NCBI GenBank assembly: GCA_951406725.2
Contig: OX597831.1
Coordinates: forward strand, 3,410,001 to 3,474,000
Direction: 5' to 3'
DNA: 64,000 nucleotides
Source of the DNA: Octopus vulgaris
Taxonomy: Eukaryota
This document shows, one piece after another, positions 28,239-40,543 of this stretch (positions within the stretch are counted from its first letter, which is position 1; the number at the start of each line of letters is the position of its first letter). A model generated the notes under the pieces. It ran no database searches. It saw only the letters and a list, made by a program, of their open reading frames with translations, and was not told the origin of the DNA. The position numbers and the translations under genes are program-made.

Positions 28239-28879
28239 TACGCATTGGTCAAATCTTTTTAGAAAGCTAGCATGAGTGTGTGGTTAAAATTTTGCTTCCC
28301 AACCACAGGGTTCCATGTCCAATCTTCTACTAGTGTCTTCTACCATAGCTTTGGCCTGACTAAAACCTTCTAAGTGAAATTGATAGAGGGAAACTGAAAA
28401 AACCCATTGTATATATGTATGTGTGTGTGTGTGTCTTTGCGTCTGTGTTTTTGTACTTCACCAACACTTGACAATTGTTGTTGGTGTGTTTATGTTCCCG
28501 TAACTTAGCAGTTTGGCATGAGAGACCAAAAGAATAAGCACCAGGCTTTAAAAAAAGTACTGGGGTAGATTCATTCGACTAAAAATTATTTAAGGTGGTG
28601 CCCCAGCATGACCACAATCTACTGATTGAAACAAGCAGCAGATAAAAGATAACATGTGTATTCTTTGGTACCGAATAACCATACGAAATATATCAGAAAG
28701 CAATAAAACAAACTTGTAAATTGACTAAACATGCATTTCTTGTCTAAATCCATCTGACTATGAGGAAAGCCTCAGGAAAGTCCTCTGAATAAGCAAGTTT
28801 TTGATCTCTGCTGCACAGAACATTAAAAACATCAGCACTTCAAGAGAGAAAAAAAAGTTGAGAATGAGTCTACTGGCTT

Positions 28880-29280
28880 AACACAGCTGGAAGGTAAGCA
28901 GTAAAATATCTGCTTTCTCTGTATTTCTCTTTCTTGACCACTCACTCATTTTTTTTTTGTTTTGTCCCTCTTTTTGATGTTCCTTCTCAAAAATAATAGA
29001 ATACAAAGAAAATAACACCATTGCTCTTATTCTTATGACTGAAAGCAAGCAGGAAAAAAATTTGCTTTCCTTTGTATTTCTTTCTGTTGACCACTCACCC
29101 ATTTATTTTCTCTCTTTTTGATGCTCCATTCTGGAAGAGAATAACAGAAGAGACTAATACCATTTCTCTTACTGACTTTGATTGAAAGCAAGCAGAAGCA
29201 TTCACCTTTTTCTCTGTTGACCACTCACTCATTTGTTTTGCCTTCCTTGACGCTCCCTCCTCAAAAGAACAGGAAAGCAA
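28880..29280 (-). repeat. Degenerate tandem repeat of about 3 units (130-153 bp)
   Basis: The motif aatg(a/g)gtgagtggtcaa recurs at about 29225, 29095 and 28942 with similar flanks. Confidence 0.7.
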
Positions 29281-29536
29281 TTAATTCACATCTTTTCTTT
29301 CTTTTCTCGCAAAACAAACAGGAGCTTTCACTTCTTATGTTCGTTAAATAATATCGATTGTTTACAATTTATACTAAGAACAGAAGGAATAAAAGTGAAT
29401 ATGACCACAATGAATCTAGCGAAAATTATCAATAAGCAATTATATATTATCCCCGAATTATTTATCTTGGAAAAATACCCTTTGCCCCATACATACATAC
29501 ATACATACATACATACATACATACATACATACACAC

Positions 29537-29588
<52 letters not shown>

Positions 29589-29600
29589 TTATATATACAC

Positions 29601-29699
<99 letters not shown>

Positions 29700-29713
29700 T
29701 GCATACATATATA

Positions 29714-30864
29714 CAGGGTGTGGTGGGTAAATTGTTGCCATTTTATATTTTAATTTTGCATGTGTGCATTGTTTGTTTTTTATTTTGTAAACTACACAGT
29801 ATAGTAGGGTCAGCTGGGCACCATCTGTGAGAAAAACAGCATCATGATGCAATTCATTCTGGCAGAAATTTGGAAACGACAGCAATTTGGAAAAAGGCGT
29901 GAGCTGGCAAAATTGTTAGCACACCTGGCGAAATGTTTAGCGGTATTTCATCTGCCATTACATTCTGAGTTCAAATTCCACCAAGGTCGACTTTGCTTTT
30001 CATCCTTTCAGGGTCGATTAAATAAGTACCAGTTACACACTGGGGTTGATGTAATTGACTTAATCCATTTGTCTGTCCTTTTTTGTCCCCTCTGTGTGTA
30101 GCCCCTTGTGGGCAGTAAAGAAATAAGAAATTTGGAAACGACATGCTGTACTGCTTGGCATTTGTGCCAGAAGCTCTAATATGAACATTTCAGAGTGTTT
30201 GGGTGGCAATCTGTGGACAGTGCAATCTGAGGACATGTACCGAGAATGATAAAAATCAAACATCCAGTCAGCATCATGGTGTTTGGAGTGATCACTAGTG
30301 ATGGTGACGTCATGCCTCCATTCATCTTCCTACATGACTTCAGACTCAACATGAAGGGCCTACATCAAGTGCCTGTTGGAGGTGGTACTGCCCTGGATCA
30401 AGAGGGTGGCTGCTGGAAGAGCCTATGTCTGGCAACAGGACTCTGCACCATGTCACACAAGCAGGAAAAACCCAGTCATGGCTGTCTGACAATTTTTCCG
30501 ACCACACCACCCCTAACATCTGGCCACCTGACTCCCCAAACTGCAACCCCCTTGATTATCATGTGTGGGGCACATTTGAGTGAGAGACCAACAAAACCCC
30601 TTGTAACACCGAAGATGAACTGAAGTCAAGAATTATGGCAGCATTCACCAACTTAAACAAGGAGACTGTCCAGAATAATTGCAAGATATCTGAAGTCATG
30701 TGGAGGCCGTGGTTGAAGCCAATGAAAATTTTATTGAATAAATTTACTCTTTAGTATTTCAAGATATTTTTATGTAATTTTGGTAAATATATCTGTTAAA
30801 ATGAGGTGTCAGAGTTATTTTCATTTTTGCATAATTTAGATGACAGTCTATTCATCACACCCTG
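29714..30864 (+). mobile_element. Tc1/mariner maT (DD37D-like) element, internally deleted
   Basis: TA-flanked TIRs cagggtgtg...cacaccctg. Motifs KHPVSIMVFGVITSDG, WQQDSAPCHTS and WPPDSPNCNPLDYHVWG lie across frameshifts. Confidence 0.8.
29896..30127 (+). mobile_element. SINE family B inserted in the maT element
   Basis: Homologous to 21252-21481. The flank agaaatttggaaacgaca is duplicated at 29864 and 30126. Confidence 0.8.
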
Positions 30865-31909
30865 TATATATGTATATATATATAGTGGGTGCTTTTTTTT
30901 CTTTTTGGTGGCACATAAAAAGCACCCACTACATTCACAGAGTGGTTGGCATTAGGAAGGGCATCCAGCTGTAGAAACACTGCCAGATCTGACTGGCCTG
31001 GTGCAGCCTTCGGGCTTCCCAGACCCCAGTTGAACCGTCCAACCCATGCTAGCATGGAAAGCAGACGTTAAACGATGATGATGATGATGATGATGATATA
31101 TATATATATATATGCATGTGTGTGTATGTATGTATGTATGTATGTATGTATGTATGTATGTATGTATGTATGTGTTTATCTATGTATGTTTGTATGTTTG
31201 CATGTATTTATGTATATTTTCCACTGGCAGATATGTCTAACAGTAACTACAATCAATGTTAACAACCAAACCCTAGAAAACTTACCTTTCAGAAGAAACA
31301 TCTAATTGGATGCCAGCATATTTAAAACACAGGAGGCCTTTCAAACAAAAGAACCGAAATAAAATATTCAATGAAAAAAGAACCAAACTAAAAAAACAAA
31401 AACAAAAATATCAATATCACAAACTACCATTTTGCCATTTTTTTCTCCATTTTCTTTTTTGGCAAGTAAGAAAGATAACTCTAGACATGATTCTGCTTCA
31501 TTGAACATCATCAGCAATGTAGCATCACTGTAATTTGTTAAAATAGAAGTGAACGAATCTGTAAGTGAATTTACATATTTGTGTATTTCTTTGCTGATAA
31601 AACTCAATGAAGCAGAAACATGCCCAGAATTGTCACTCTTACTTTGCCTGAGAATGAAAAATATCATTAGACACCGAGTAATAAATTTTTTGCTTTCTTT
31701 TTTGTATTTTTTTTTCCCCCCTCATTGCTTATTTTATTTTTGTTTTAGCTTTGCAATGCACTTGGCATTAGATGTATTGCTGCGATCTATCCATTTACTG
31801 TTTATTATTATGTGGAATGGTAATTCCGAAGCAAATATATATACACGGCTGCGTGGGTAAAAAATAGTTTGCTCTGCTCCTACATCATTTCAAGTTTTTT
31901 TTTTCCTAT

Positions 31910-32590
31910 CACCACCACTAATGCTAGTAGCAGCAGCAGCACTACCACCACCACCACTATGCCACCACCACCACCACCTCTACCATCACCACTATGCCAC
32001 CCCACCATCACCACCACCACCACCACCACCACCACCACCACCACCACCACCACCACCACCACCACCACCACCACCACCACCACCACCACCATCACCACCA
32101 CTATGCCACCACCATCACCACCACCACCACCACCACCACCACCACCACAAACCACCACCACCACCACCACAAACCATCACCACCACCACCACCACCACCA
32201 CCACCACCACCACCACCACCACCACCACCACCACCATCACCACCACTATGCCACCACCACCACCACCACCACCACCATCACCACCACTATGCCACCACCA
32301 TCACCACCACTGCAACCATCACCATTGCTGCTGCTGTTGCTGCTGCCACCAGTATTACCAGCACCATTGCTGCTGCAACCGCAACCACCACTGCCACCAC
32401 CAGTGTCCCCTCCCAACCACTGCTACCACCACCACCACCACCACCACCACCACCACCACCACCACCACCACCACCACCACCACCACCACCACCACCACCA
32501 CCACCACCACCACCACCACCACCACCACCACTGCCACCACCACCACCACCACCACCACCACCACCACCACTACAACCATCACTGCCACCA
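31910..32590. repeat. (CCA)n microsatellite block of about 680 bp
   Basis: Directly visible in the sequence. Confidence 0.97.
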
Positions 32591-32689
32591 CTGACTGAAA
32601 CAAGTAAAGGAAGACATATACATAGGCATATGTATATATACGTGAGTGTGTTTGTGCATGTGTACACACACACACACGCGCAAACTTCC

Positions 32690-33078
32690 TCTTACTTGTT
32701 TCAGTCACTAGATTGTGGCCATGCTGGGGCACTGCCTTGAAAAATTTTCATAGTCAAACGAATCAACCCCTGTACTTATTTTTAAAGTCTGACACTTATT
32801 CTATTGATCCTTTTGCTGTGCTTCTAAGCTACAGGGATATAAACACACCAACACCAGTTGTCCAGCAGTAGTGGTGTGGGGGACAAACACAGATACAAAC
32901 ACACACACACACACACACACATACACACACATGATAGACTTCTTTCAGTTTCTGTCTATCAAACTCACTCACCTGAGGCTGTAGTTGAAGATACTTGTCC
33001 AAGGTGCTACACAGTGGGACTGAACCTAGAACCACATGGTTGGGAAGCAAGCTTCTTATCACCCAGCCATGCCTGCAC
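32690..33078 (-). mobile_element. SINE family A (diverged)
   Basis: Reverse-complement match to the consensus. Confidence 0.75.
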
Positions 33079-33117
<39 letters not shown>

Positions 33118-33120
33118 GGT

Positions 33121-33315
33121 GGCACGTAAAAAGAACCCACTACACTCACGGAGTGGTTGGCGTTAGGAAGGGCATCCAGCTGTAGAAACACTGCCAGATA
33201 AGACTGGAGCCTGGTGCAGCCTTCTGGCTTTCCAGATCCCCGGTCGAACCGTCCAACCCATGCTAGCATGGAGAACGGACGTTAAACGATGATGATGATG
33301 ATGATGATGATGATG
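33121..33315 (+). mobile_element. RTE 3' end insertion with 12-bp TSD
   Basis: atatattagggt occurs at 33109-33120 and 33316-33327. Ends in a (GAT)n tail. Confidence 0.85.
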
Positions 33316-33321
33316 ATATAT

Positions 33322-33963
33322 TAGGGTAATGACTTTTCAATTTTTTGGAATATAAACAGTTTCCTGTATTAAAAGTTGATGAACAATTTTATATGAGTAG
33401 GAAAAATAACCTTTATTTCAAGGTTTTTATAAAAACATCACCCCCAACTGAAAAAGAATTTAACTCCACCTTTGACCCAAATTATGCAGATTTCCAGAGG
33501 GTCTCATAATGCCTCCTCAAGTTTTTACCAAAATTTGTGTGCTGACTTAATGCAGTGCAGAGGCAGTATATCTCAGATTTCAGATTTCAACTTTAAGTAG
33601 CTTAAAAGTTATAAAGTTTTGTATTAGGCTCTACTTTAGGAAATATCCTCTTCCTCTCCTTTTTATTTCTGTGATGCTAAAAACTGTTTTCCAGAATAGT
33701 GGGCTTACCCAACTAGAGTATCTAAAATAATGTCTCATAAGAAAAGTGCTTGTGTCACTCAAAGAAACAAAAAAATCTGGACAAAGATTTTGTCCAGGTG
33801 TAGGAGTGGCTGTGTGGTAAATAGCTTGCTTACGAACCCCATGGTTCTGGGTTCAGTCCAGTCCCACTGTGTGGCACCTTGGGCAAGTGTCTTCTGCTAT
33901 AGCCTCGGGCCAACCAAAGCCTTGTGAGTAGATTTGGTAGACAGAAACTGAAAGAAGCCCGTC

Positions 33964-34029
<66 letters not shown>

Positions 34030-35100
34030 GTGTGTGTGTGTGTATATGTTTGTGTGTCTGTGTTTGTCCTGCCTACATTGCTTGACAACCGATGCTGGTG
34101 TGTTTATGTCCCCGTAACTTAGCAGTTCGGCAAAAGAGACTGATAGTATAAGTACTAGGCTTATAAAGAATAAGTCCTGGGGTCGATTTGCTTGACTAAA
34201 GGCGGTGCTCCAGCATGGCCGCAGTCAAATGACTGAAACAAGTAAAAGGGTAAAAGAGTAAAGAATCTCATGCAATTTCAAGACCGCCATAGGAAAAGAA
34301 GACCTGTTCCTCTAGAAGAGCATTCTTTGGAAAACAAGTGCAGGATACCAATGAAACATCAAATTGTTGGTTGCTACCTGTTCCTTGGAGGTACCATCAA
34401 AGGAAGGAAAGAAAGAACAAAGGAGATTTCGAAAGAAGTAACTTTTTTATGGCCAAGAATACCAAGTTCTAGTTTTAAAGAATGACCAGGGAGAAGTTAA
34501 GTTAGAAGCACTCCAATTACCAAAGGGAAAATCCGATACTGTTGTGAAAGGAATAGCAGCTGTTTTAGATGAATACAATTCATGGAACTGTGTAAAGAGG
34601 ATTGTCACTGATACAACGAGAGTGAACACTGGGAAAAGAAATGGCGTTGTCATTCAGTTGCAAAGACTATTTGCTCAAAACTGTTTGAAAGAACCGCAAT
34701 TTATTGGTCGTCAGCATCATATCCTTGATAGAGTTCTTTGTAATGGATAACAAGCTTGGAGGAAAAGTCATCTCCCAATATTGAATATACATTCATCCCA
34801 GAGTTTCTAAGTAATTATGATAAACTCCAGGCTAATTTCAATAATGGTGAAGAAAAGATTACTGAATCAGCAGGATGGCAAGATGACATGAAATTTCTAT
34901 TTCATTTGACCAAAGTTTTTCATTTCTTTGAAGAAACTGACAAATTTCCTACTGTAAAGTTTCAAGAAATACCCAATTTAAGTAATGCAAGATAGAATTC
35001 TCAATAAATACTCGCTTTTTTGGCATCTATTCTTCTATCAGAGAAAAGAATTTTGTTTCTCAATGTTTGTCAGTTCATCTCTTACAGATTGGCAGAGTTT
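33322..35100 (+). pseudogene. hATm-like transposon remnant (interrupted by SINE A at 33796-34263)
   Basis: TAGGGT terminus and peptides IVTDTTRVNTGKRNGV and FIGRQHHILDRVL (DTTxxNTG and CxHH motifs). Confidence 0.7.
33796..34263 (+). mobile_element. SINE family A, full length
   Basis: Matches the family consensus. Confidence 0.88.
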
Positions 35101-35103
35101 TGC

Positions 35104-35143
<40 letters not shown>

Positions 35144-35632
35144 CCATAAGATGTACCTGGTGTAAGCTATGGACACATAAGAGGTGCAGCAATATCAGAG
35201 GAGTTTTAACAGGGAAAATAGATTTTGTGTGTGGAAGGTGTACAGGTACAATTAAGACTAAAAATGTACAGAAAATAGATTTCATCATATGCCGGGGGTC
35301 GTGGTCGTGAATTAGAAGTAGTCAAAAGCTACCATTTCCTAGGTGACTAAGTCGGTAGTGGGGGTGGTGGGTGGTGGATGCTCCGAGAGCATAGCTGTTA
35401 AATAAGAATAGGCTGGGCAAAGTTCAGAGAGCTCCTACCTCTGCTTGTAACAAAGGGCCTCTCACTCAAAGTAAAAAGCAGACTGTATGATGCCTGTGTG
35501 TGAACAGCCATGTTACATGGCAGTGAAACAAGGGCCGTGACTGCTGAGGACATGTGTAGGCTTGTAAGAAATGAAGCTAGTATGCTTTGCTGGATATTCA
35601 ATGTCCATGTGCATGCACGACAGAGTGCAAGC

Positions 35633-35895
35633 TTATTGACATTATTTACATTATTTAACGGATATATTTGTCCTCATCTTGTTTGTTAACACAACGTTTC
35701 AGCTGATATACTCTCCAGCCTTCTTCAGGTGTTTGGAGGAATTTCGAACCTGGGTTCTCATTCCTAAGATATTCTTCGATATTATTTTTATTATTATTGT
35801 TCAAGTTACTGATTGGAATTGAACTCGGAATCTTGGGGTTAGTAGCCCACGCTGTTAACCACTATGCCATATGCCCGTGGCCATATGGCATAGTG
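35633..35895 (-). mobile_element. tRNA-headed, hammerhead-containing SINE-like element
   Basis: Head gggcatatggcatagtggtt...gagttcaattcc (A and B boxes), hammerhead at 35688-35733, (aaataatgt)n tail. Inserted cleanly into RTE coding sequence. Confidence 0.75.
35688..35733 (-). ncRNA. Minimal type-I hammerhead ribozyme
   Basis: AACAC-CUGAAGA-A-GGCUG(10-nt loop)CAGCU-GAAA-CG-UU-GUGUU. Stems I and II pair and stem III is the palindrome AACGUU. Confidence 0.8.
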
Positions 35896-37055
35896 TAAGT
35901 TTCCTGAGAGAAAAGTTGGATATAAGAGACATCAGATGTGGTGTGTAAGAGAGACAACTGTGCTGGCATGGTCATGTGATGTGTATGGACGAGGACAGCT
36001 GTGTGAGGAAGTGTCGCACTCTAACAGTGGAGGGAACCTGTGGAAGAGGTAGAGCCAGAAAGATGTGGGATGAGGTGGTGAAGCATGATCTTCACATATT
36101 GGGCCTCATGGAGGCAACGGCAAGTGGCAGAGACCTTCGGCGATATGCTGTGCTTGAGAAGACCCGTCAAGCCAAAGTAGGTTGTAGTTGTGGCTGAAGC
36201 CAGTGTCGCATGACTGGCCTGTTAAAAGCACCCTTCAAATGTTGGGTGATATGCTGTGCTTGTGAAGACCTGTCGAGTCAAGTGAAATCGTAGTCATAGC
36301 TGATGTCTGACTGGCATCCGTGCCGGTGGCATGTAAAAAGCAGTATTTAAATATCAGGCCTCACAGAGGCAGTGACAGGTGACTGAGACCTTTGGCAATA
36401 TATAGTGCTTCTGTAGACCTGTCAAGCCAAATGAGACCATAGTCAGGACCGATGCTGGTGTCAAGTCAATGGCACGTAAAAAACACCCACTATACTCTCA
36501 GAGTGGTTGGCATTACGAAGGGCATCCAGCTGTAGAAACCTTGCAAAATCAGATGGGAACCTTGTACAGCTCCCTGGCTTGCCAGTTTTCAGTCAAACCA
36601 TCCAACCCATGCCAGTATGGAAAATGGACGTTAAATGATGATGAGGATGATGATGACATGTAGTAAAAAAAATATATCATAAAAGAAGAAAAATGCACAC
36701 AATTTATATATTTTTTATTTAATATATTTTAAAGGATAGAATATTATGATAGTCAATTGGTTTTGTGTTTCACTAATCATTGAAATTGGTGAAAATATTG
36801 TAATTTCATGTGTTCTTATGAATTTTTTAATCCATGTTGCTTGTGTGAGAGTTTGTTTGTAAATGAAAGAGCATTAAGAAAAAATCTAAGGCGAGATAAT
36901 TAGTGTTTGTTATTATTTGAGACGTATATGTGATGATGATGATGATGATGTGTGTGTGTATTTATATATATGTATGTGTGTGTTGGCCATGCCAGTATGA
37001 GTGATTAGTTTGCTTGGCTCCAAATGAATTCTTATAGGAGTTGCACAAGTTTATT

Positions 37056-37120
<65 letters not shown>

Positions 37121-37346
37121 GAGAGTGGCAGGTGGGAACTGGAGAGGAGCAGCATTAGGGGAGAGAGTGAAAGTGAAAAACTAATTTTAGGGATTAGTGA
37201 GAGAAAGTTAGAGAGTGATAGGACTGTAGGGAGAGATGAAAAGAAGAAGATGCAAGGCTACCCCATATTATATATGGCTGGGTAGACCAGTGAATGGGGA
37301 AGAGACAAGATGCTAAGAGTATGGACTGACTGCATCTTCAAGGTAA

Positions 37347-37570
37347 TACAAGGGGTCGGTGAAATTAGTTCCTGGCTTTGGGTAAAAGAAAATACAAGAG
37401 GATCTGTTAATTGTGATTTTATTCAATATATATTCCCCTCTCAAATTCATACACTTATTGCAGTGGCCTTTCAATTTTTCTAACCCTGTAAAAGAACTTG
37501 GAAGATTGGGCCTCCAACCAGGCCTTTTGTGATACCTTTAAATCCAGGAGCTTTTCAGCAGCCCCTCATA
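37347..37570. mobile_element. mariner-type MITE
   Basis: Imperfect TIRs tacaaggggtcggtgaaattagttcctgg / ccaggagcttttcagcagcccctcata with TA ends. Confidence 0.6.
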
Positions 37571-38029
37571 TATCTAAGAGAGCTTCATGGCAGGAGAACC
37601 AAAAGATGGATTAAAGTTTGCCACTGAAGCATCATATTTCAGGAGGAGAGAGGAAGGAGGGGTAGTAGTATATGGTGGTGGAAGGATAGGGATAGGATGT
37701 GCCCAAATTGAGTATCTTCCTCTCCATTAAGGGTGACAGAGTATGAGAAGCAGAAAAGATGAGAGGGTACAGAATAGGTACCATGGGTAGGAGAAAAGAT
37801 GGTGAGGTTATGTAATATAGAATGAGCAATAGATAGGGGAGGTGGTGCTTACACAAAACAACAGACAAGGGAGCAGTGCTTGCACTAACCCACTTTTTCA
37901 ATCAGTATTTCACCAAGTTTGTGGGGGAGGCCACGGGTTTTTTCTTTCTTTCCAGTACTGAATATTGCCAGTTTACATGACTCCCTCCTATTTTCTTCAT
38001 CAGATGTAACATCTCAAGATCATTTTTCA

Positions 38030-38885
38030 CCGCTTCAATCTAAATGTTTCTCAGCCTCCCTCTTCCACAAGCATCATTCACTTGGTGTGTTTGGCATTTG
38101 CTCGTGCAGCTGTCATCCTGCATCTGTTTCACATGTCCATACCATTGCAGTCTCCTCTCTTTTGTATGCTATATCGAATTCTTCTTACATGCCAGTGTGT
38201 CTCTCAGTTCATTTATATATGCTAACATAATACACCCAGCAAAGCATACTCACCTCATTTCTTTCTACTCTTGGCAGGTCTCTCACATTTAAGTGTCATA
38301 TCTCATTTCCATATCTCATTGCCATGCAGCAGCGAACTTGAAAGACAAGCATCTCACAATCGGTAAACATAGACCGTAAGATGCTTCTCAAGAAAGAAAT
38401 CCTTTGTTGCCAGCAGAGTTAATAGCTCTCAGAACTTTGTCCATCTTGTTCTTATTCAAGCTATCAAACATCACATTTGGAACATCTATTCTCACACAAC
38501 TAATTTGGTCACTAAGGTAGCAAAAGTTATCAACTATTCCTAGGGAGTTGACTGGGCCTTTGAGAGTATCTATTTACCAAGTGTGCTTAGTACTTACTGT
38601 CCTGATGTACCTGTTCCATGTAACATCTATCTTCTCTGTTAGTCTGCTTGTGATCCCACTACACCCTTTGTTTACGATGGACATATGTTACAGAATTTTT
38701 AGCAATTCCTTTTCTGCAGATGAAGCACAACCATTTCTCTGATGCTATAAGAGTTCTGTCTTCCCTCCTACTTATTAAAATTTTCGTTTTTGGTAAATTT
38801 ATTTTAAGGTCCTTCAATTCTAGATTTTGCTTCCATGTCTGGAATTTCAATTTCAATTCTTCCACAGATCCTGCAATCAGCAATA
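38030..38885 (-). pseudogene. Older, diverged RTE RT fragment
   Basis: LIAGSVEELKLKFQTWKQNLELKDLKINLPKTKIL...WLCFICRKG is homologous to the 52016 ORF. Confidence 0.75.
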
Positions 38886-39392
38886 AGTTACAAACATGAA
38901 AGTTCCCAAGAACAGCGAATCTGGCTGATAGTAAAGCCAAACAATAATAGATTGCAACTGATGCAGGTGCATGCTATTTGCTCCTAAGATGTGTATAGGT
39001 GTCCAGCAGCATTTTACCAAACTGTTTGCGAGGAGTGTCAAACTAGAGATAGTAGAATTTGATGCCCATCTTGATGATGATGTGCTTAATAATGGTCTGA
39101 TGCAGAGTGCTGTGAAAAACTGATTTCAGTAGATGATGAAGTAGCAGACACGTTAGGTGAACTGTGTGAGGAATAAATCTCTTGGGTGGAACGGTCGGTC
39201 CAATGGACTTCATTGTTACATGATGTCATTTGTTACAATCTTTGAAATTGATTATTGCAATTGACAGCAGATTGGAAGCATTCCAAGCTGTGTGAGCCGA
39301 GCATGAGTAAAGCAGCCAAACGATGCAGTCATAAAAAACTACTTTAGGTGTGTAACTCTAAAGATGCTCACTAGGAGGCTGGTGCTTGTCAT

Positions 39393-39869
39393 AGGCATAG
39401 GAGTGGCTGTGTGGTAAGTAGCTTGCTTATGAATCACATGGTTCCAGGTTCAGTCCCACTGCGTAGCACCTTGGGCAAGTTTCTTCTTCTATAGCCTCAG
39501 GCCGACCAAAGCCTTGTGAGTGGATTTAGTAGACAGAAACTGAAAAAAGCCCATCGTATATATGTATATATACATATATCCACACACATACACACACACA
39601 CACACACACACAAACACATACACACACATATATATATGTATGTGTGTGTGTATATGTTTGTGTGTCTGTGTTTGTCCTCCCAACATCATTCGACAACCGA
39701 TGCTGGTGTGTTTACATCCCCGTAACTTACCAGTTCGGCAAAAGAGACCGATAGAATAAGTACTAGGCTTACAAAGAATAAGTCCTGGGGTTGATTTGCT
39801 CCACTAAAAAGGCAGTGCCCCAGCATGGCCACAGTCAAATAACTGAAACAAGCAAAAGAGTAAAAGAGT
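39393..39869 (+). mobile_element. SINE family A, full length
   Basis: Matches the family consensus. Confidence 0.88.
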
Positions 39870-40314
39870 CATGTTTGTCTGTCTCAGAGCAATGGAAAAA
39901 TGAAGACCATCTAAGCAACCTTAAGGAAGATTGTTGACTGGCTCAGTGACTTTGTTTAAAGTAAAGAAGAGTTGTATGCCATCAACTGCGCTCTCTTGTC
40001 TGTGACCATTTTCAACCCAGTGGCAAAACCAAGTCAAGGCGAATGGAGATAGAGATTGATTCAGTGGACGATCAAGGTGTCTTACTTGCCTCATCTCACT
40101 CTCTTCCTTCTACAATGAGTTGCTGCAGCTGGCTTCCTTTCCAGTGAACCATGAAGGTTTATTCTGCAGAGTCTGCCAGATCCAGTCTTCATATGTTCAG
40201 GTAGGCAAGCCCTAATATCCTAATTAACCCATAACTGGGACCCTAACAGATGTTACTTCTCACAATCAGAGTAGACCTTGAAACAGTAGCTGCCAAGAGG
40301 TGGTTCCACTCTCC

Positions 40315-40543
40315 TTAACCCTTTCAATACCAGCCAGGATGAAACCGCCTCTGGCTCTGAGTACAAATGTCTTGTTTTCATAAGTTTTGAATTAAAATCT
40401 TCCACTAAACCTTAGTCACAATTTTTGTTCCTTAAACCAGCTTAAATGATAACTAAGTTATTTTACTAAATTCTTTTATAATTTAAAATTAATTGAAAGA
40501 AACACAGAGCATCTCAAAATAAATACAGTAACGAAAGGGTTAA
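40315..40543. mobile_element. piggyBac-like MITE (family P1)
   Basis: TTAA-ccctttc...gaaaggg-TTAA. Same family as 56949-57676. Confidence 0.8.

Larger units (their letters stand above)
35139..36658 (+). mobile_element. 5'-truncated RTE LINE (PHD, RT C-terminus, 3' UTR), interrupted at 35633-35895
   Basis: NSIRCTWCKLWTHKRC...CGRC, then EGTCGRGRARKMWDEVVKHDL and a (GAT)n tail. Confidence 0.85.

Noticed and set aside
31869-32740. Poly-His/Pro/Thr ORFs
   Set aside because: Translations of a (CCA)n microsatellite.
38900-40200. Possible additional mariner remnant
   Set aside because: Too decayed to recover diagnostic motifs by eye.
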